A stretch of 18,871 nucleotides of DNA from contig DASSXV010000038.1 of the NCBI GenBank assembly GCA_035703635.1, forward strand, positions 1 through 18,871, given 5' to 3'. How positions within the stretch are numbered: the stretch's first letter is position 1; every line of letters starts with the position of its first letter. The stretch is from Trueperaceae bacterium (lineage in GTDB: Bacteria; Deinococcota; Deinococci; Deinococcales; Trueperaceae). A model generated the notes under the pieces. The model had not been told where the DNA came from. It worked only from the letters and a program-made list of their open reading frames with translations, and searched no databases. The position numbers and the translations under genes were made by a program. Shown here piece after piece: positions 15,895 to 18,871 of the stretch.

Positions 15895-16790
15895 CGCCGC
15901 TCCGCCAAGTCGAGAGCGTCGCGCAGACCCTCGCCAAGCAGGTTGAACGACAGGCTCGTCAGGAGGATGGCCACGCCGGGGAAGACGACCAACCATGGCG
16001 CGTTGAGGAAGTACGACTGGCTCTCGTTGATGATCCCGCCCCAAGACGGCGTTGGCGGTTGTACCCCGACGCCGAGGAACGACAGGCTGGCCTCGAGCAG
16101 CACGGTGGTGCTTATCCCGAGGGTGCCGAAGACCATCAGTGTGCTGACGAGGTGGGGGAGGATGTGCTTGAAGAGCGTGCGCATGGTGCCAACGCCGAGG
16201 GCGCCCGCCGCCTCCACGAACTCGCGTCGCCCAATGGAGAGGACCTGAGCGTAGATGGCGCGGGCGATCCACACCCAGTTTACGAGCGCGATGACGAGCG
16301 CCACGATCCACAGGCTCGGGCGGAGGATGGCGGCAAGCGCGATGGCGAGGATGAGGGCGGGGAAGGCCGTCATGACGTCGGTGACGCGCATGAGGATGGT
16401 TTCGGTGACGCCGCGGAAGTAGCCTGCAGCCACCCCGACTACGAGGCCGATGAGTACGGCGGCGCCGTTAGCCACGACCCCGACTAGCAAGCTGATGCGC
16501 GCGCCGAAGATAACGCGCGATAACAGGTCGCGCCCAAGGAGGTCAGTGCCGAACCAGAACGGGCGTTCGGGTGGGAGCGGGGAGCCTTCGATGGTGAGGC
16601 CGTCGAAGTACTGCTTGGCTGGGTCATGCGGGGCGATCACCGGCGCGAGGAGGCTTACCACCACCACGATCACCACGCCGACCAGGCCTATCACAGCGGA
16701 GCGGTTCGCGAAGAACCGCTTCAACCACTTCGGTCGCTCCCGCCTGGTTGTGCCGCCGACCCCGAGTTGGGCGGCGTTGCCACTTGCCAC
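15891..16790 (-). CDS. ABC transporter permease, DppC/OppC-like
   Basis: Start reassigned to GTG 16790 after GGAGG. Motifs FGTDLLGRDLLSR, EAA loop EFVEAAGALG, EASLSFLGVG, PPTPSWG, FNLLGEGLRDALD. Confidence 0.95.
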   Translation of the reverse strand: MASGNAAQLGVGGTTRRERPKWLKRFFANRSAVIGLVGVVIVVVVSLLAPVIAPHDPAKQYFDGLTIEGSPLPPERPFWFGTDLLGRDLLSRVIFGARISLLVGVVANGAAVLIGLVVGVAAGYFRGVTETILMRVTDVMTAFPALILAIALAAILRPSLWIVALVIALVNWVWIARAIYAQVLSIGRREFVEAAGALGVGTMRTLFKHILPHLVSTLMVFGTLGISTTVLLEASLSFLGVGVQPPTPSWGGIINESQSYFLNAPWLVVFPGVAILLTSLSFNLLGEGLRDALDLAERR

Positions 16791-16826
16791 AGGTTGTTCC
16801 TCCAGGAGTTGAACGCTTGCTACCCG

Positions 16827-16855
16827 ATTGTATACACGTTCCGATTGCACGGCAA
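16827..16855 (-). promoter_or_regulatory. Sigma70 promoter of the ABC operon overlapped by palindrome TGTATACA
   Basis: Minus strand reads TTGCCG (16855-16850), 17-nt spacer, TACAAT (16832-16827). Palindrome TGTATACA at 16829-16836. CCGATTG is repeated at 16824 and 16841. Confidence 0.65.
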
Positions 16856-16880
16856 AACGCGGAAGTACTGCCGCGCAGGG

Positions 16881-17732
16881 TTAGTTCTTGGCGCCACCCT
16901 CGATGAGTCCAAGAGCGCCGGCCAGCTTGCCTACTTCGCTCATCACGCCGCTCGTGCCGGCGGCCACGCTGAGCTGCGGGGCGCGTAACCAGTCGGTGGC
17001 GCCTGACCAGATCTGGAACACGCCTCCGGCCTCGCGAACGATGATGGCGCCCGCAGCCACGTCCCACGCCCTCAACCCGAACTGCCAGAAGAGATCGACG
17101 CGGCCATCGGCCACGAAGCACAGGTCGCGCGCTGCGGACCCGCTGGCCCGCACGCCAGCAGACGCGCCGGACGTCTGCACGAAGAACGCTTGCTGCGCGG
17201 AGTCGTCGCGCATGGCCTCCGTGAAGTTCGTGCTGATGAGGGCGTGTGAGAGTGGGCGGTCCTCGCTAAGCGTTAGGCGCTCGTCGCCGCGCCACGCGCC
17301 GCCGCCCGCGTACGCCCAGTAGACCTCGTCGGAAGCAGAGTCGTAGATGACGCCGAGCACGCTCTCGCCTCCCTGCGCCAGGCCGATCGACACGCAGAAG
17401 CCGGGGTAATCGCGGACGAAGTTATGGGTGCCGTCGATGGGGTCGATGACCCACACGGGCGCCTTGGCGTCGAACTCGGAGAGGCCCTCCTCGCCCAGCA
17501 GCCCGAACGAAGGGTAGGCCTGCTTGAGTGCCTGAGCGATGCGCTTCTGCGCCTCGAGGTCGATGAGGGTAACTACGTCACCAGGCGACGTCTTGATGCT
17601 CACCCCGAAGTCGGTGCGGCCAGCGTGGTGGTCGACTTGCTGCAGCCGCGCCCACCTGCCCACCTCGAACGCGAGGGGAACGACGAGATCTTTCATGACG
17701 CCGAGTTCGGCTGTGGTTAACGGGGTTGCCAT
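16881..17732 (-). CDS. Inositol monophosphatase family protein (SuhB-like)
   Basis: Motifs GEE, WVIDPIDGTHNF, GSAA, WDVAAG. Likely start is ATG 17732 rather than the track's 17783. Confidence 0.93.
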   Translation of the reverse strand: MATPLTTAELGVMKDLVVPLAFEVGRWARLQQVDHHAGRTDFGVSIKTSPGDVVTLIDLEAQKRIAQALKQAYPSFGLLGEEGLSEFDAKAPVWVIDPIDGTHNFVRDYPGFCVSIGLAQGGESVLGVIYDSASDEVYWAYAGGGAWRGDERLTLSEDRPLSHALISTNFTEAMRDDSAQQAFFVQTSGASAGVRASGSAARDLCFVADGRVDLFWQFGLRAWDVAAGAIIVREAGGVFQIWSGATDWLRAPQLSVAAGTSGVMSEVGKLAGALGLIEGGAKN

Positions 17733-17785
17733 GTGGCCGATGCTAACCCTTGTCCCGTTCGCCCTGCCTGGGCGCGGGGCCACCG

Positions 17786-18565
17786 CTAGCGGGCGAGGAA
17801 GAAACCGCTACTGCGCTGCACCACGAGCGGTCCCTCGGCCATGCGCGTGCGCACGCCCGCCTCCCACGCGGCCAAGCGTGCGGCCACGGTCGGTGACGGC
17901 TCGTCTGGCAGGTAGATCATCGAGCGCAAGTAGGCGAGGACTAGGTCGGGGTCGTCTGCCAGCACCTCGTCGTCACGCCTGAGGACCACGACGTCGCCGA
18001 ACGCGCGGCGCAGCTCCTGACCGCCGTTCTCCAGCGTGAAGCTCAACCCGGCGGAGCCGACTACCGTCACGGCGTCATCGGCCAACTCCACCGGCAGTTC
18101 GCGCAGGCCGCTCAAGTGCTGCGCGCCGTTCGTGGCGGCTATCAGCAGCCCGCCCGGCCGCAATACCCTCCGCAGCTCGGCCACCGCGCGCGGCAAGTCG
18201 GGCACGTGGTAGAGCATGTGGTTCGCGAACGCCAAGTCGAACTCGCCGTCTCCGAACGGCAAAGACTGCACGTCAGCCAAGTGCACGCTGGCGCTCAAGC
18301 CAGCGTCTGCCACGACCCCGAGGGTGGCCTCGACCATGCCTTCCGACACGTCCGTGAGCGTCAGCCGCCAACCTGGCGGAACGCGGTCGGCGTTCGTGCC
18401 CCAGAGGCGCGAAGTGCCTGCGCCCACCTCCAGCACGCGCGCGTCGGCAGCGGCCTCCGCGTGGGAGAAGAGCCAACGGTGAAAGTCCTCCCCCGCACCG
18501 GCGTAACGATCATGAAACGCGATGCGCGCCTGCAACCGATCAGGTGTGCGGTAAGCCTCGAGCAT
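17786..18565 (-). CDS. Class I SAM-dependent methyltransferase
   Basis: Motif I VLEVGAGT, DVSEGMV, ADVQSLPFGDGEFD, NHMLYHVPD, RRVLRPGG. Start is either ATG 18565 or TTG 18598. Confidence 0.92.
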   Translation of the reverse strand: MLEAYRTPDRLQARIAFHDRYAGAGEDFHRWLFSHAEAAADARVLEVGAGTSRLWGTNADRVPPGWRLTLTDVSEGMVEATLGVVADAGLSASVHLADVQSLPFGDGEFDLAFANHMLYHVPDLPRAVAELRRVLRPGGLLIAATNGAQHLSGLRELPVELADDAVTVVGSAGLSFTLENGGQELRRAFGDVVVLRRDDEVLADDPDLVLAYLRSMIYLPDEPSPTVAARLAAWEAGVRTRMAEGPLVVQRSSGFFLAR

Positions 18566-18713
18566 GGGTGAGGCAAGGATAGTACGGGCAGCGCTCAAGC
18601 GTCACTGCGTCCACCGCGAACCCGGCCATAGAGTCCAGGTAGAAGCGCTCGCCTCTGGAGCCGCGTTCTACACAGCTACTTAAGGTTCTGGCTTCGGGAA
18701 GGGGACAACAACA

Positions 18714-18871
18714 ATGGGTCGAGCAAGCAGATGGGCCCCTAGGGTCCTAGTCTTTCTTGGCGTCATGCTCGCCGCCAGCGGCGCTTGGGCCAAGTCGGCG
18801 TACTTCGTGCAGGCCGACGTCGTCAGGGGGGCGGTAGGTGCCATGGGCGCCGTGTGCGTCGCCAACGCCGT
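18714..18871 (+). CDS. Secreted protein of unknown function, 5' part only
   Basis: GAAGGGGA RBS, then MGRASRWAPRVLVFLGVMLAASGAWA|KSAYFVQADVVRGAVGAMGAVCVANA..., a Sec signal peptide with an AWA cleavage site. Open to the window edge and absent from the ORF track. Confidence 0.75.
   Translation, partial: MGRASRWAPRVLVFLGVMLAASGAWAKSAYFVQADVVRGAVGAMGAVCVANA

Noticed and set aside
15895-16311. N-terminal extension of the DppB-like permease (445 aa)
   Set aside because: It overlaps the DppC-like gene out of frame. The family-typical start is at 15894.
18680-18865. 61-aa minus-strand ORF
   Set aside because: It is antisense to the better-supported plus-strand signal-peptide ORF with an RBS at 18714.

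Overview
High-GC bacterial chromosomal window. Gene style and promoter features are compatible with Deinococcota (Trueperaceae-like), but that is only an impression. Left to right: (1) a >882-aa surface lipoprotein on the minus strand (lipobox, Ig-like module, two parallel beta-helix modules) that runs off the left edge and is missing from the ORF track. (2) A six-gene minus-strand operon: His/Asp-rich exported protein, small membrane-anchored protein ending in TRAS, ApbE flavin transferase, MsrQ/ferric-reductase-like di-heme membrane protein, OmpR-family regulator and sensor kinase. It looks like a self-regulated flavinylation/membrane redox module with no canonical FMN-binding substrate, and is the best candidate for an undescribed system. 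(3) A TRAP transporter with dctQM and a Tat-exported dctP in convergent orientation. (4) An acetamidase/formamidase gene separated from an ATPase-less Dpp/Opp-type ABC operon by a hipBA-like toxin-antitoxin pair. The hipB upstream region has three quasi-palindromic boxes at an exact 61-bp period. (5) An inositol monophosphatase, a class I SAM methyltransferase and the start of a secreted protein. No rRNA, tRNA, CRISPR array or transposase was seen. Most other ORFs in the track are GC-rich shadow frames.
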